NCBI GenBank assembly: GCA_017854795.1
Contig: JAFMHB010000003.1
Location: forward strand, 81,076-145,075
Length of the DNA stretch: 64,000 nucleotides
From: Candidatus Nanopelagicales bacterium
Lineage (GTDB): Bacteria; Actinomycetota; Actinomycetes; S36-B12
Direction: 5' to 3'
Below, piece after piece: positions 28,172 to 38,392 of this stretch. Every line of letters starts with the position of its first letter. Within the stretch, counting starts at the first letter, position 1. Position numbers and translations under genes: made by a program. The notes below the pieces were generated by a model. That model did no database searches. It saw only the letters and a list, made by a program, of their open reading frames with translations, and had not been told where the DNA came from.

Positions 28172-28951
28172 GTGCGGATTGCTACTTGGAATGTGAACTC
28201 TGTCGGGGCCCGGATTGATCGGGTGGTGGAGTGGTTGGAGAGTGTCCAACCTGATGTTGTGGCATTGCAAGAACTCAAATGCACCGATGAAGCGTTTCCC
28301 CACCTACCTATCCAGGCTGCAGGGTACGAGGCGCTGACCCACGGTACGGGTCGCTGGAATGGTGTTGCGATCCTGACTCGGGTGGGTGCAACCGATGTTG
28401 TCCGCGGTTTGGTCGGTCAGCCTGAATTTGACGGTGCTGCAGAGCCTCGTGCAATTGGGGCGACGTGCGGTGGAGTGCGGGTGTGGAGTTTGTATTGCCC
28501 AAATGGCCGCGAACCTGGACACGATCACTACAACTACAAGTTGGAGTGGTTCAAAGCTTTGAATGCGACGGTTGAATCTGAGTTGGCTGCTTATCCGGAT
28601 CTTCCATTTGCTGCAATTGGTGACTACAACATTGCACCGACTGATGCAGACGTGTGGGATATTTCGAAATTCATTGACTCAACCCATGTGACTGCTGCAG
28701 AACGGGCGGCGCTGACTGATCTTTCTGCTCTTGGATTGAGTGAGGTAATGCCCCGTTCACTCAAGGGCGAGCCGTACACGTTCTGGGATTACCGCAATGG
28801 TTCATTTCACCGTGGGTGGGGAATGCGGATTGATTTGGTATACGGCAATGCTGCGTTCACTTCGCGGGTGAGTGATGCGTACGTTGATCGCGATGCACGC
28901 AAGGGTAAAGGCGCCTCCGACCACGCACCGGTGGTCGTTGATCTGACATGA
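28172..28951 (+). CDS. xthA: Exodeoxyribonuclease III
   Basis: MRIATWNVNS, LQELK, GDYNIAP, TFWDYR, MRIDL, SDHAPV. Confidence 0.95.
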   Translation: MRIATWNVNSVGARIDRVVEWLESVQPDVVALQELKCTDEAFPHLPIQAAGYEALTHGTGRWNGVAILTRVGATDVVRGLVGQPEFDGAAEPRAIGATCGGVRVWSLYCPNGREPGHDHYNYKLEWFKALNATVESELAAYPDLPFAAIGDYNIAPTDADVWDISKFIDSTHVTAAERAALTDLSALGLSEVMPRSLKGEPYTFWDYRNGSFHRGWGMRIDLVYGNAAFTSRVSDAYVDRDARKGKGASDHAPVVVDLT

Positions 28952-30063
28952 TTTTAGAAGTCCGTCGGATTAGCACCGAGCAGCATTCTGATTACCTGGA
29001 TGGCGTGATTGCCTCAGGATCACTAGGGGTGTCATTTTTGCAACTGCCTGCTTGGGGCAGTGTCAAAGTTGGTTGGCGACCAGAGTCTGTTGGTTGGTTC
29101 CACGATTCAACACTCGTTGGCGTAGCACTTGTTCTCTACCGACCGATTCCCAAGTTGCCTCAACGATCCTTGGCTTATGTTCCTGAAGGTCCGATCATCG
29201 ATTGGGAAAGTAATGATCTTTCTTCATGGTTAACACCTTTGATTTCACACGTTAAGGGGCGTGGCGCTTTTCAATTAAAGATGGGTCCACCGGTTGCCGT
29301 GCGTCAATGGGATGCACAAACGATTAAGGCGTCAATCGATAGCGTCTCTCTGCTCGGTGAAGTCATGGCGGATCGGGAATTCTCCGTAGGTGAGAGTGTG
29401 ATTGAGTCGTTGCGTTCAATGGGATTTGTGCAGGAAGTCAATGTTGGTGCTGGTTTTGGTGACGTACAACCACGATATGTTTTTCAAGTCCCGCTCGCAG
29501 GTCGATCCGAAGATGACGTGTTCGCTGGTTTCAATCAATTGTGGCGCCGCAATGTCCGCAAGGCTAACAAGGCCGGGGTGGAAATTTCGTTGGGAACACG
29601 CGACGACCTTGCTGCATTCCATGCCGTTTACGTTGAGACCGCCGCGCGTGATGGGTTCACTCCTCGCGGCTTGGTGTATTTCGAAAGAATGTGTGATGCA
29701 CTCGGTGATCACTTCACTGTGCACATAGCTCGTCATGAAGGACACATTGCTGCTGCAACAATCATGATCACGGTGGGTGGGCACGCCTGGTATTCCTATG
29801 GTGCTTCCACGACTGCGGACCGCGATGTTCGGCCTTCAAATGCATTGCAGTGGTCCATGATTAAAACGGCACTTGCGTCCGGGTGCAGTGTTTACGACCT
29901 TCGAGGAATCTCGAACACACTTGATACATCTGACCATCTCTTTGGATTGGTCTCCTTCAAGTTGGGTTCAGGTGGTTTCGCCCAGGAGTATGTTGGTGAG
30001 TGGGATTACGTGATTCGTAAGTCGTGGGCTCGCGCTTTTTCGATCTACCAACGGCGAGGCTAG
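28948..30063 (+). CDS. femX: FemABX-family lipid II peptidyltransferase
   Basis: SFLQLPAWG.VK, QLWRRNVRKA, WYSYGAS, YDLRGI, FKLG. Confidence 0.88.
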   Translation: MILEVRRISTEQHSDYLDGVIASGSLGVSFLQLPAWGSVKVGWRPESVGWFHDSTLVGVALVLYRPIPKLPQRSLAYVPEGPIIDWESNDLSSWLTPLISHVKGRGAFQLKMGPPVAVRQWDAQTIKASIDSVSLLGEVMADREFSVGESVIESLRSMGFVQEVNVGAGFGDVQPRYVFQVPLAGRSEDDVFAGFNQLWRRNVRKANKAGVEISLGTRDDLAAFHAVYVETAARDGFTPRGLVYFERMCDALGDHFTVHIARHEGHIAAATIMITVGGHAWYSYGASTTADRDVRPSNALQWSMIKTALASGCSVYDLRGISNTLDTSDHLFGLVSFKLGSGGFAQEYVGEWDYVIRKSWARAFSIYQRRG

Positions 30064-30098
30064 TAAGCGGATCTCATGGATCCTGACATGATGAACAG

Positions 30099-31259
30099 GT
30101 GTCCTTCACCCTCCAAATAAACGGCGAAAAATGGCGTACTCACCTGCGCGCTGTTGTTAATGCGCTCACCAGCGCAAGTGGGAGTTCCCCCGTCCCTGTG
30201 ATCAAGGGAAATGGCTACGGCCTCGGCCAAGAATTCCTCGGTGCAACCGCAATGGATCTTGGCGCCGACACAATCGCTGTTGGAACCGTCTTTGAAATTG
30301 AGTCCGTTGTCGGGGTAACCGAAGGCGACATTGTGGTTCTTCAACCATTTGATCCACGTGATGCCGTGGCCGCCAAGAAATGGTGGGAGATCGGTGAGAA
30401 GTTTTATTCCGGGCGAATTATTCGCACGGTTGCAAGCCTTGAGGCACTCACAGAGTTGGTTAACGGGGCCGGAAGTGTGCGAGTAATTCTTGAGGCTCGC
30501 AGTTCCATGGTGCGATTTGGGTTCACTGAATCCGAACTCATTGGTGCATTGAATAACCCTGAGATCCGCGCTGCCCTCGCAACTGGTCGAATCTTTATTG
30601 AGGGAATGACCATTCACCTGCCCATTGATCGCAGTAAACCCAGTGAACCCAGTGAATCCGGTGCAGCTGATTCACATGCTGTTGAAGTGATGCGTTGGGC
30701 TGGACTGTGGGAAAAGGAAACTGCCGTGTGGGAAGGCCACTCGCCCCCTGCACCCGTGATTTGGGTTTCACATTGCACTGATGCAGAGCTTGCAACTATT
30801 CGGCAGAGTGTGAGCGAGTTGATTGTGCGCGTGCGAGTGGGTACCAGGCTTTGGCTGGGTGATCGATCCGCACTGTCCGCTACTGGAACAGTGTTAGCGG
30901 TGCATCCTGTTTCTGAAGGTGTGAAGGTCGGCTACCGGCAGCGAAGCGCGGGCAAGAATGCCACTCTTATTGTCGTTAGTGGAGGTACAGCCAATGGAAT
31001 TGGTTTGAGTGCACCTTCACCAACCACGTCACTGCGACAGCGAGTCACCTCGTTGGGAGTTGGGGCACTTGATGCCGCTGGAAAGGCAATGTCGCCTTTT
31101 AATATTGGTGGTAAACAACGCTGGTTTGCCGAGCCCCCACATCAACATGTTTCGATGTTGTGGTTGAACAACGAATCGGTTTTGCCGCGAGTCGGTGATC
31201 AGGTGAGTGCTGAGGTTCGATTTACCACATCACGCTTTGACTCTGTGTTTGTTGTCTGA
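30099..31259 (+). CDS. Alanine racemase-like PLP protein
   Basis: PVIKGNGYG PLP-lysine motif; conserved position after femX. Confidence 0.75.
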   Translation: MSFTLQINGEKWRTHLRAVVNALTSASGSSPVPVIKGNGYGLGQEFLGATAMDLGADTIAVGTVFEIESVVGVTEGDIVVLQPFDPRDAVAAKKWWEIGEKFYSGRIIRTVASLEALTELVNGAGSVRVILEARSSMVRFGFTESELIGALNNPEIRAALATGRIFIEGMTIHLPIDRSKPSEPSESGAADSHAVEVMRWAGLWEKETAVWEGHSPPAPVIWVSHCTDAELATIRQSVSELIVRVRVGTRLWLGDRSALSATGTVLAVHPVSEGVKVGYRQRSAGKNATLIVVSGGTANGIGLSAPSPTTSLRQRVTSLGVGALDAAGKAMSPFNIGGKQRWFAEPPHQHVSMLWLNNESVLPRVGDQVSAEVRFTTSRFDSVFVV

Positions 31260-32548
31260 TCTGTGTTTGTTGTCTGCCCTTGCTGAATATCAATCACAAT
31301 CCGAATTGCGAAATAAAGGGTCGCTGCAATGTGGACAAAGGTAGCTGCGGCATACCACTGCGGTGTCAGTGTTTGTGATTCGTCGACTCCATATCCGGCT
31401 AGAAACCACCAGATCGCAATAAAGTAAATAACCTCACCGAACTGCCAGATCAGGAAATCGCGCCAGTTCGGTCGGGCCAATACGGCAAGTGGCACGAGCC
31501 AAAGAACGTATTGAGGTGAATACACCTTGTTAGTAACGACAAATGCAGCAAGGATCAAGAATGAAATCTGGGCAAGGTTAGGTGAATGTGGAACCCTTTT
31601 CACCATAATTGCAATCCCAATGAGTAGTAGCACAAACAATGCGGTCGAAGCAAAGTTGAGTAAATTCTCCGGGATTGTTGGTAATCCAATTTGGGTTAGG
31701 GCGTACCAGAAGGAACCGAAGTCAATGGATCGACCGAAGTTGAACGAATAAAAATGAATCCATCCTTCAAAGTTTGCAATCGCAAATGGGATGTTGACCG
31801 CAAGGAAAGTCGAGAATGTTGCCACGATCATGTTGAGTGTTGGTCGCCATGATTTATTTTTCCAGGCCAAAAGAAGGAAGCCAATGAGAAGGAAAACTGG
31901 ATAGAACTTCGATGCTACGGCTAGACCCAGTAAGACTCCGGTGAGCACTGGTTTCTCTTTTGACCAAGCGAGAAATGCGAGGGAAACAAGGGCAATCGGG
32001 ATGAGATCCCAGTTGATCGTTGCCGCCAAGATCATGGTGGGAGCAAAAACAATCATCGCAGCCCGCCACGGATCCTTCGGCTTGGTAAGCGCCGTCGCGA
32101 TTACGGTGACAACAAAGGGTATGAATAAAAGGATCACATTGACATCGAAGAATGCCCGGTATCCGTCAGGGTAATGCGGGAGGATCCATCCCGTTATCGC
32201 TGCTGAGATGTACATAAAAACACCTGCACCCACCGGATACTCCAAGTACATGCCATTTGTTCCCGTTTGGACATAGGGAAAAATTCCTTCCGCGAATCCA
32301 CGGTCAACATAGAGCGGTGGAATATCCGAGTAACACAGGTGCATGTAGCGCTGCGGGTCACTCCATCCATTCGCCATGCAAGAGAAGTCGAGTAGGTATC
32401 CCAAGGCATAGGTGATTGCAGCCAAAATAATAAGTACGTAAATCGGCGGTAGAAGTGTGTAACCTCGATTGGCAAGTCGGCCAAACGGTCCCCCGAGGCG
32501 CTCGGTGATTGCTGGCTCGCTCACAAGTGAATTATGGTCTGCCTTCAT
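31199..32548 (-). CDS. GT87 / DUF2029 polyprenyl-phosphomannose-type membrane glycosyltransferase
   Basis: CYSDIPPLY, LEYPV, INWD, KFYP, NKVYSPQY; many TM segments. Confidence 0.88.
   Translation of the reverse strand: MKADHNSLVSEPAITERLGGPFGRLANRGYTLLPPIYVLIILAAITYALGYLLDFSCMANGWSDPQRYMHLCYSDIPPLYVDRGFAEGIFPYVQTGTNGMYLEYPVGAGVFMYISAAITGWILPHYPDGYRAFFDVNVILLFIPFVVTVIATALTKPKDPWRAAMIVFAPTMILAATINWDLIPIALVSLAFLAWSKEKPVLTGVLLGLAVASKFYPVFLLIGFLLLAWKNKSWRPTLNMIVATFSTFLAVNIPFAIANFEGWIHFYSFNFGRSIDFGSFWYALTQIGLPTIPENLLNFASTALFVLLLIGIAIMVKRVPHSPNLAQISFLILAAFVVTNKVYSPQYVLWLVPLAVLARPNWRDFLIWQFGEVIYFIAIWWFLAGYGVDESQTLTPQWYAAATFVHIAATLYFAIRIVIDIQQGQTTNTDQTTNTESKRDVVNRTSALT
31242..31276. repeat. 17-bp direct repeat with 18-bp period in the overlap of two convergent genes
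   Basis: TCTGTGTTTGTTGTCTG at 31242 and 31260; encodes QTTNTD/QTTNTE in the GT87 C-terminus. Confidence 0.85.
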
Positions 32549-34688
32549 CTATCGGTGGATCTGTTGGGGGTGCATCCGGTCCGAACTCATTCGTCGGCGC
32601 TTCGGTTTCGTTGAAGTCAACGGTTGCCGGATCCGAGCCAGTGTTCTCAGGCCCAAACTCGTTTATGACCTCAGGGATTGGGCAGCCGAATGGGATTTCC
32701 TCCAAATCGGTTTCAATGAAGTCTGGGCATTCAACAGGGGTAAACACATCATCTGGAGGTGCCGGGAAATCCATGACAGGTTCTTTTTTGAGTGCGTCCT
32801 TCATGAACGCGGTCCAGATTGAACCCGGAAAAGAGCCGCCTGTAACCGTGGCCAACCCACCTGTTCCTGACATAGAGATTGGTATTCCATTCGAGTCTTC
32901 TTTTGCCATAAGAACAGCGGCAGAAATTTGCGGTGTGTAGCCGGCAAACCAGGCGCTTTTGTTGTCATCTGTTGTTCCCGTTTTGGCGGCCGCTGGTCGA
33001 TCCAGTGCAAGAGCGGTGGTTCCTGTGCCATTGGTAACAACTTTGGCCAACGAGTAACTCACGGTGTTTGCTACATCCGGACCGAAGGCGTTCGTAAGTG
33101 TTGGCTCGTACTGGTACAGCAAACCACCATTGGGACCAAAGACTTGTTTAACAAATGTTGTGCTGCTGCGTACTCCTTCGTTGGCAAATGTTGCGTAGGC
33201 ATTCGCCATGTCTAGTCCTGAAGGGGACGCGGTGCCTAGGACAAATGTCAGATCAGGTGATTCCAAGTTCATGCCCGGGGTCGTATCAGGGACACCAGCG
33301 GCGAGGGCGGCGTTAACCACACTCCCAACACCAATGTCAGCCGTGAGTTCGACGTAGGCGGAGTTAATGCTTAGTTCCGTTGCTTGAAGGAGTGAGACAA
33401 CGCCATAAGAATTATTTCCGTAGTTGTTGAAGGTATAACCGTTAACCGTTGAAGGTGAGTTTCCATTCCACAATGAATTCAGTTGCACAGATTGGTCTAG
33501 CCCTGCCGCGAGTGCAAATGGTTTAAATGTTGAACCCGCCTGGGCAAACTGTTGGGTGGCGTTATTGATTTGGTCGGTAATAAAGTTGGTACCGCCATAC
33601 ATTGCGAGCACCTCGCCCGTTCCTGGTTGTACCGCTGCCAGGCCAATGCGTAGTCCGTCAGTTCCTGAAGTTGGACCTTGATCTCTCACGGCTCGTTGGG
33701 CGGATCGTTGGGCTTTGCGATCAAATGAACTAATGATCTTTAGGCCGCCAAGTTGAATCTCTTCTTGGTCGTAGCCTTGGGCGATTAGTTGTCGCTCAAC
33801 TGCTGTGAGTAGGAATCCGACTTGACCACCGAGACGGTCCTTTTGTTTGAAGTCAACGATTTTGGGAAAGTTTGCGGAGTCCCGTTGCTTTTGGGTGATG
33901 TCACCCATTTCCACCATGGAGTCCAGAACATATGACCAACGGGCTTTGAGGCCGCTTAAGTTCTCTTCGGGACTGAGTCCTGATGGAGATTTGATAACGG
34001 ATGCAAGGACGGCACCTTGGGTGAAGTCGAGTTCTTTTACCGGTACCCCGAAGTAGGCGATCGAGGCCGCTTCAATTCCATTTGCGTTTCTACCGAAGTA
34101 GATTGTGTTCAAGTAGTCCTCGAGGATTTGTTCTTTTGAAATTACCGTTTCCAATTTGAATGCGAGTAGTGCTTCACTGACTTTGCGGTTCCATGTTCGA
34201 TCCTGTGTGAGGAATGCAATCTTGGCGTACTGCTGCGTGATGGTTGATCCACCTTGAGTATTGCCACCCGTGAGATTGTTGAAAGCTGCGCGCGCGATTC
34301 CTACTGGTGAAATTCCGCCATGGTTGTAAAAGTCTCGGTCTTCCGCTGATAGGACAGCTTGTTGAACGTCAAGGGGGATGTCGGCTAATGAGACGGATCG
34401 TCGGGTTGATTCACCCAGGCGACCAATTTCATTTTTACCGTCGGCGTAATACACGACGGTTGCTTCACTTGTTGCCAATTCATTCGGTGTTGGCACCTCA
34501 GTGCGAGCTAGTAAAATAGCAAATACGGTTGTGCCTACGGCTGCGAGGAGAACGAGAATCCACAGGGTTCGGCGTAGCCAGCGGCGGCGCCATAGCGGAA
34601 CGTACGCATTGGCGCTTGTGCTCCGCTTGATCGGCTTTTTCTTCGCCGTGCTTTTAGCAGCGGAGCTCTTCTTGGCTGGGGAGCTCAC
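32532..34688 (-). CDS. ponA: Class A penicillin-binding protein
   Basis: SAEDRDFY, QGGSTITQQY, GSTFK, SIN, KTGT. Confidence 0.93.
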   Translation of the reverse strand: MSSPAKKSSAAKSTAKKKPIKRSTSANAYVPLWRRRWLRRTLWILVLLAAVGTTVFAILLARTEVPTPNELATSEATVVYYADGKNEIGRLGESTRRSVSLADIPLDVQQAVLSAEDRDFYNHGGISPVGIARAAFNNLTGGNTQGGSTITQQYAKIAFLTQDRTWNRKVSEALLAFKLETVISKEQILEDYLNTIYFGRNANGIEAASIAYFGVPVKELDFTQGAVLASVIKSPSGLSPEENLSGLKARWSYVLDSMVEMGDITQKQRDSANFPKIVDFKQKDRLGGQVGFLLTAVERQLIAQGYDQEEIQLGGLKIISSFDRKAQRSAQRAVRDQGPTSGTDGLRIGLAAVQPGTGEVLAMYGGTNFITDQINNATQQFAQAGSTFKPFALAAGLDQSVQLNSLWNGNSPSTVNGYTFNNYGNNSYGVVSLLQATELSINSAYVELTADIGVGSVVNAALAAGVPDTTPGMNLESPDLTFVLGTASPSGLDMANAYATFANEGVRSSTTFVKQVFGPNGGLLYQYEPTLTNAFGPDVANTVSYSLAKVVTNGTGTTALALDRPAAAKTGTTDDNKSAWFAGYTPQISAAVLMAKEDSNGIPISMSGTGGLATVTGGSFPGSIWTAFMKDALKKEPVMDFPAPPDDVFTPVECPDFIETDLEEIPFGCPIPEVINEFGPENTGSDPATVDFNETEAPTNEFGPDAPPTDPPIDEGRP

Positions 34689-34744
34689 GGTTGTCCTATC
34701 GGGGGAAGGGGACAGATTTGCCTTAGTAATGCCTTAGATATGCC

Positions 34745-35263
34745 TTAGTCCAACAGATCATCGGCCTTAAAAGCCGGTACGGCGCGCCGGGGAGTTCCAT
34801 CTCCGAGGGAAAAGGCACGAATCAGGTAGTTCCAATGGCAGTCGGGGCAGACCTCAACAACATAGACCCGGAATTCACCGAATTTGCTGCACATCGGTGT
34901 TAGTTCTTCGGCTTTGCGGATTCTTCCCGCGTAGGGGCCTAGTTCATCACCGTATATATAGTGCAAATCCACGAGGTGTTTACTTCTGCAGGCAGGGCAG
35001 TTGCCTTTGGCTGGCTCCCCGTGGAATTTGGCCGCTTTGAGCAAATATGGGTCTGCTTCACAGTAGTCACTGGTGAGGGCGCCGCCGCGGTGCAGTTTTG
35101 TGACGTCTGCCGCTCTGGAGAGTCCGTAATCCACCACGTTTCGTGGTTTTCGAGGGTCTGATACAGGTTCTGGGGCAGGGATTGGGCCTCTTTTGGGTGG
35201 ATTTTTGGCGGATTCTCCACGGGCCACTCGACCTCGCACCCCTTCCCTGCGCATCTGAGCCAT
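34745..35263 (-). CDS. DUF5318 family protein
   Basis: VVDYGL, CEADPYLLKAAKFHGE, CPAC, YVVEVCPDCHWN; conserved synteny. Start uncertain. Confidence 0.85.
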   Translation of the reverse strand: MAQMRREGVRGRVARGESAKNPPKRGPIPAPEPVSDPRKPRNVVDYGLSRAADVTKLHRGGALTSDYCEADPYLLKAAKFHGEPAKGNCPACRSKHLVDLHYIYGDELGPYAGRIRKAEELTPMCSKFGEFRVYVVEVCPDCHWNYLIRAFSLGDGTPRRAVPAFKADDLLD

Positions 35264-35327
35264 GTCATGAGTTTAAACCCGAATTGCGTTATGCGGCTAA
35301 TCTAAGTTACGGGGTATTGCACATTAG

Positions 35328-35346
35328 ATATATCGAAACGATATAT
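35328..35346. promoter_or_regulatory. Inverted repeat ATATATCG-AAA-CGATATAT, probable PadR operator
   Basis: Perfect 8-3-8 palindrome immediately before padR-ino1. Confidence 0.7.
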
Positions 35347-35924
35347 TGACCCACGTGAGTAGCCGCCGCGATGTCTTAAGCTTCGCAATCCTGGGCGTAC
35401 TCGGTGACGGCCCGCAGCATGGTTATGAATTGCGGAAACGACTCACGACGGTCCTCGGTCCATTTCGAGCACTTTCCTATGGCTCTTTGTATCCAGCACT
35501 GAAGCGGATGAACGCCACCGGACTGATCGAGGAAGAGTCGCTCACGCCAGCCACAGAAAGCACCGCGCCTGCTCTGTCCGGACGACGGGCTCGAATTGTT
35601 TATGCAATCACGGCTGAAGGAAAAGAAATTTTTGGTGAGTGGGCGAATAAGCCAGGGCCTGAAGCCTGGGAGGACGAAGGTTTTGCTGCACACCTTGCAT
35701 TTTTTTCGGCAACCGAAGAGCGCACCCGTCTTCGTATATTGGAAGGCCGCCGCTCTCGGCTTGAAGAGCGTGTTGAGGCCTTACGTGAATCACTCACCCG
35801 GGGCAAAGAGCGCGTAGACGCATACACACTTCAACTTCAACAGCACGGACTAGAAGGGGCTGAGCGCGAAGTGCGCTGGCTCACGGAATTAATTGATCAA
35901 GAGAAAGTAACCCAAGAAAGGTAA
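35346..35924 (+). CDS. PadR-family regulator
   Basis: HGYELRKRL, SYGSLYPAL, YAITAEG. Confidence 0.92.
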   Translation: MTHVSSRRDVLSFAILGVLGDGPQHGYELRKRLTTVLGPFRALSYGSLYPALKRMNATGLIEEESLTPATESTAPALSGRRARIVYAITAEGKEIFGEWANKPGPEAWEDEGFAAHLAFFSATEERTRLRILEGRRSRLEERVEALRESLTRGKERVDAYTLQLQQHGLEGAEREVRWLTELIDQEKVTQER

Positions 35925-35927
35925 CAA

Positions 35928-37022
35928 ATGAGTGCACAATCCGGCGGAGAAATTCGCGTAGCAATTGTTGGTGTTGGAAACTGCGCCGCATCCCTCGTTC
36001 AGGGTGTGGAGTACTACAAGAATGCCAAGGTAGGTGAGTTTGTCCCCGGACTCATGCACGTTCAGTTTGGCCCCTACCACGTAAGTGACGTCAACTTTGT
36101 TGTCGCATTTGACGTTGACTCCAAAAAAGTTGGTCTTGACCTCGCTGATGCAATCGGTGCATCCGAGAACAACACAATCAAATTGTGTGACGTTCCCAGC
36201 ACCGGCGTGAAGGTGTCACGTGGCCAAACACTTGATGGTCTCGGCAAGTACTACCGCGAGACAATCACCGAGTCTGACTCCCCTGAGGTTGACGTTGTTC
36301 AAACTCTCAAAGACGCCAAGGTTGACGTTGTCGTCTGCTACCTGCCCGTAGGTTCGGAAGCAGCAGCAAAGTTCTATGCACAGTGCGCAATTGATGCCGG
36401 GTGCGGTTTTGTTAACGCCCTTCCCGTCTTCATTGCAGGCACTCCTGAATGGGCAAAGAAATTCGAAGACGCCGGTCTACCAATTGTTGGTGACGACATT
36501 AAGAGCCAGGTTGGCGCAACAATCACGCACCGTGTTTTGGCCAAATTGTTCGAGGACCGCGGCGTAATCGTTGACCGCACCTACCAACTCAATGTTGGTG
36601 GAAACATGGACTTCAAGAACATGCTTGAGCGCGATCGCCTTGAGTCTAAGAAGATTTCAAAGACGCAGTCGGTCACTTCCCAGCTCTCACACGACCTGGG
36701 TGAAAAGAATGTTCACATCGGTCCTTCGGACTACATTGCTTGGCTCGATGACCGCAAGTGGGCCTTTGTCCGCCTAGAAGGTCGCGCATTCGGTGACGTT
36801 CCCTTAAACCTCGAGTACAAACTCGAAGTGTGGGATTCACCCAACAGTGCCGGTGTAATCATCGATGCGGTTCGTGCAGCAAAGATCGCGATGGACCGCA
36901 AGATTGGTGGACCGATTCTCTCGGCGTCCAGTTACTTCATGAAATCACCTCCAGTGCAGTACAACGACTCCGAGGCAAAGCAGGCAGTCGAAGACTTTAT
37001 CGCTGGCACCATCGACCGATAG
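35928..37022 (+). CDS. ino1: myo-inositol-1-phosphate synthase
   Basis: [32 protein letters not shown]. Confidence 0.97.
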   Translation: MSAQSGGEIRVAIVGVGNCAASLVQGVEYYKNAKVGEFVPGLMHVQFGPYHVSDVNFVVAFDVDSKKVGLDLADAIGASENNTIKLCDVPSTGVKVSRGQTLDGLGKYYRETITESDSPEVDVVQTLKDAKVDVVVCYLPVGSEAAAKFYAQCAIDAGCGFVNALPVFIAGTPEWAKKFEDAGLPIVGDDIKSQVGATITHRVLAKLFEDRGVIVDRTYQLNVGGNMDFKNMLERDRLESKKISKTQSVTSQLSHDLGEKNVHIGPSDYIAWLDDRKWAFVRLEGRAFGDVPLNLEYKLEVWDSPNSAGVIIDAVRAAKIAMDRKIGGPILSASSYFMKSPPVQYNDSEAKQAVEDFIAGTIDR

Positions 37023-37051
37023 TCCTTCGACAACCGGTAGCCTGCGTCCTT

Positions 37052-38338
37052 GTGCAGCGGCTACCGGTTGTTCGGTCCCTACTTCACCGCAAGGATTTCC
37101 GAGCCCTCTACAGCACTCGATTAGTTGGCCAATTCGGGGACGGTTTTTTTCAGGCAGCACTTGCCTCATTTGTTCTTTTCTCACCAGAGCGCGAACCGAA
37201 TGCCACCGCAATTGCGGTGGCATTCGGTATTTTGCTCTTGCCCTATTCTTTAGTTGGACCCTTTGCGGGTGTCTTCCTTGACCGTTGGTTGCGGCGAAAT
37301 ATTTTGGTTCGCGCAAACCTGTTGAAAGCGCTGCTCACAATTCCCGTCATTGCGGCCGTTCTTGCGGGAAGTGAATCGGTCATCCTTGGGATTTGTGTTC
37401 TCGCTGTACTCGGGGTCGGCAGATTTATCTTGGCGGGGCTATCTGCGTCCTTGCCCCATGTTGTCAGCGGGAAAGAACTGATTTACGCGAACGCGTTAAC
37501 ACCTACCTCGGGAACCATTGCATTCGTTGTTGGTGCAACGACCGGTTTAGGAATTAGGCAACTTTTTGGTGGTGGAGATTCTGGTAGCGTCGCGCTGCTT
37601 CTGTTTTCGATAGGTACCTTTATCTCTGCTGCCTTTATTGCGCGAACATTCGCGGTTCATGCTTTAGGACCGACACACCAACTCAAAGCCTCAATGGTCG
37701 ACTCACTCCGTGGAGTCACAGGAGATCTTCTTGTCGGTGTGCGCACATTAAGTGCACATAGAGAAGCTGCCAGAGCGCTCACGCTCGTTGCCTTTAACCG
37801 AATTTCATTCGGTGTAATCACCGCTGGAGCGCTGTTACTACTTCGGAACACATTTCACCAAAGCAGTAATGCCAATGCTGCACTTGCAGACTTTGCGATC
37901 CTCTCCGGCTTTGCAGCCGCTGCCGCGCTCATCGCTGCTATTTTGACCCCTTGGGTGTCCCGGAAAATTGGGATTCCTCGTTGGTCCGCCCTGACCGTTG
38001 CCCAAGCATCAATTGGCATGGTGCTTTTCGCGGTCGCTGCAATACAAGAGAATTTTCCACTTCTCCTGGTGGCCGGATTTAGTCTGGGCTTTGCGGGCCA
38101 AGCGGTCAAAGTGTGTTCGGACACCGTCATTCAACGCAAAATCCCCGATGAAAGCCTCGGTCGAGTCTTCTCCCTTTTCGACATGAGTGTGAATGTCGCC
38201 CTGGTCTCCGGAATCATTTTGGTGGCATTACTTGCTCCGGTATCGGGAGTCGCGCCAATTGTGTACATCGGGGTTGGTGTTGGTTTGGCGCTGGCCAGTA
38301 TTTGGTACTGGCGTTCGGGCAGCCAAAACCCGGTGTGA
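37052..38338 (+). CDS. MFS transporter
   Basis: GQFGDG, GPFAGVFLDRW; 12 TM segments. Start moved to GTG 37052 (TAGCCT upstream). Confidence 0.85.
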   Translation: MQRLPVVRSLLHRKDFRALYSTRLVGQFGDGFFQAALASFVLFSPEREPNATAIAVAFGILLLPYSLVGPFAGVFLDRWLRRNILVRANLLKALLTIPVIAAVLAGSESVILGICVLAVLGVGRFILAGLSASLPHVVSGKELIYANALTPTSGTIAFVVGATTGLGIRQLFGGGDSGSVALLLFSIGTFISAAFIARTFAVHALGPTHQLKASMVDSLRGVTGDLLVGVRTLSAHREAARALTLVAFNRISFGVITAGALLLLRNTFHQSSNANAALADFAILSGFAAAAALIAAILTPWVSRKIGIPRWSALTVAQASIGMVLFAVAAIQENFPLLLVAGFSLGFAGQAVKVCSDTVIQRKIPDESLGRVFSLFDMSVNVALVSGIILVALLAPVSGVAPIVYIGVGVGLALASIWYWRSGSQNPV

Positions 38339-38392
38339 TCCCGCTAGTGAGTATTGGTACCGCAAACCGGAGTCATTGAGTAGAGTTCTCCT

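Noticed and set aside
38355-38362. Additional TGGTACCG (vapB operator-like) box upstream of the 38393 gene
   Set aside because: A single 8-mer without a partner box, which is expected by chance.
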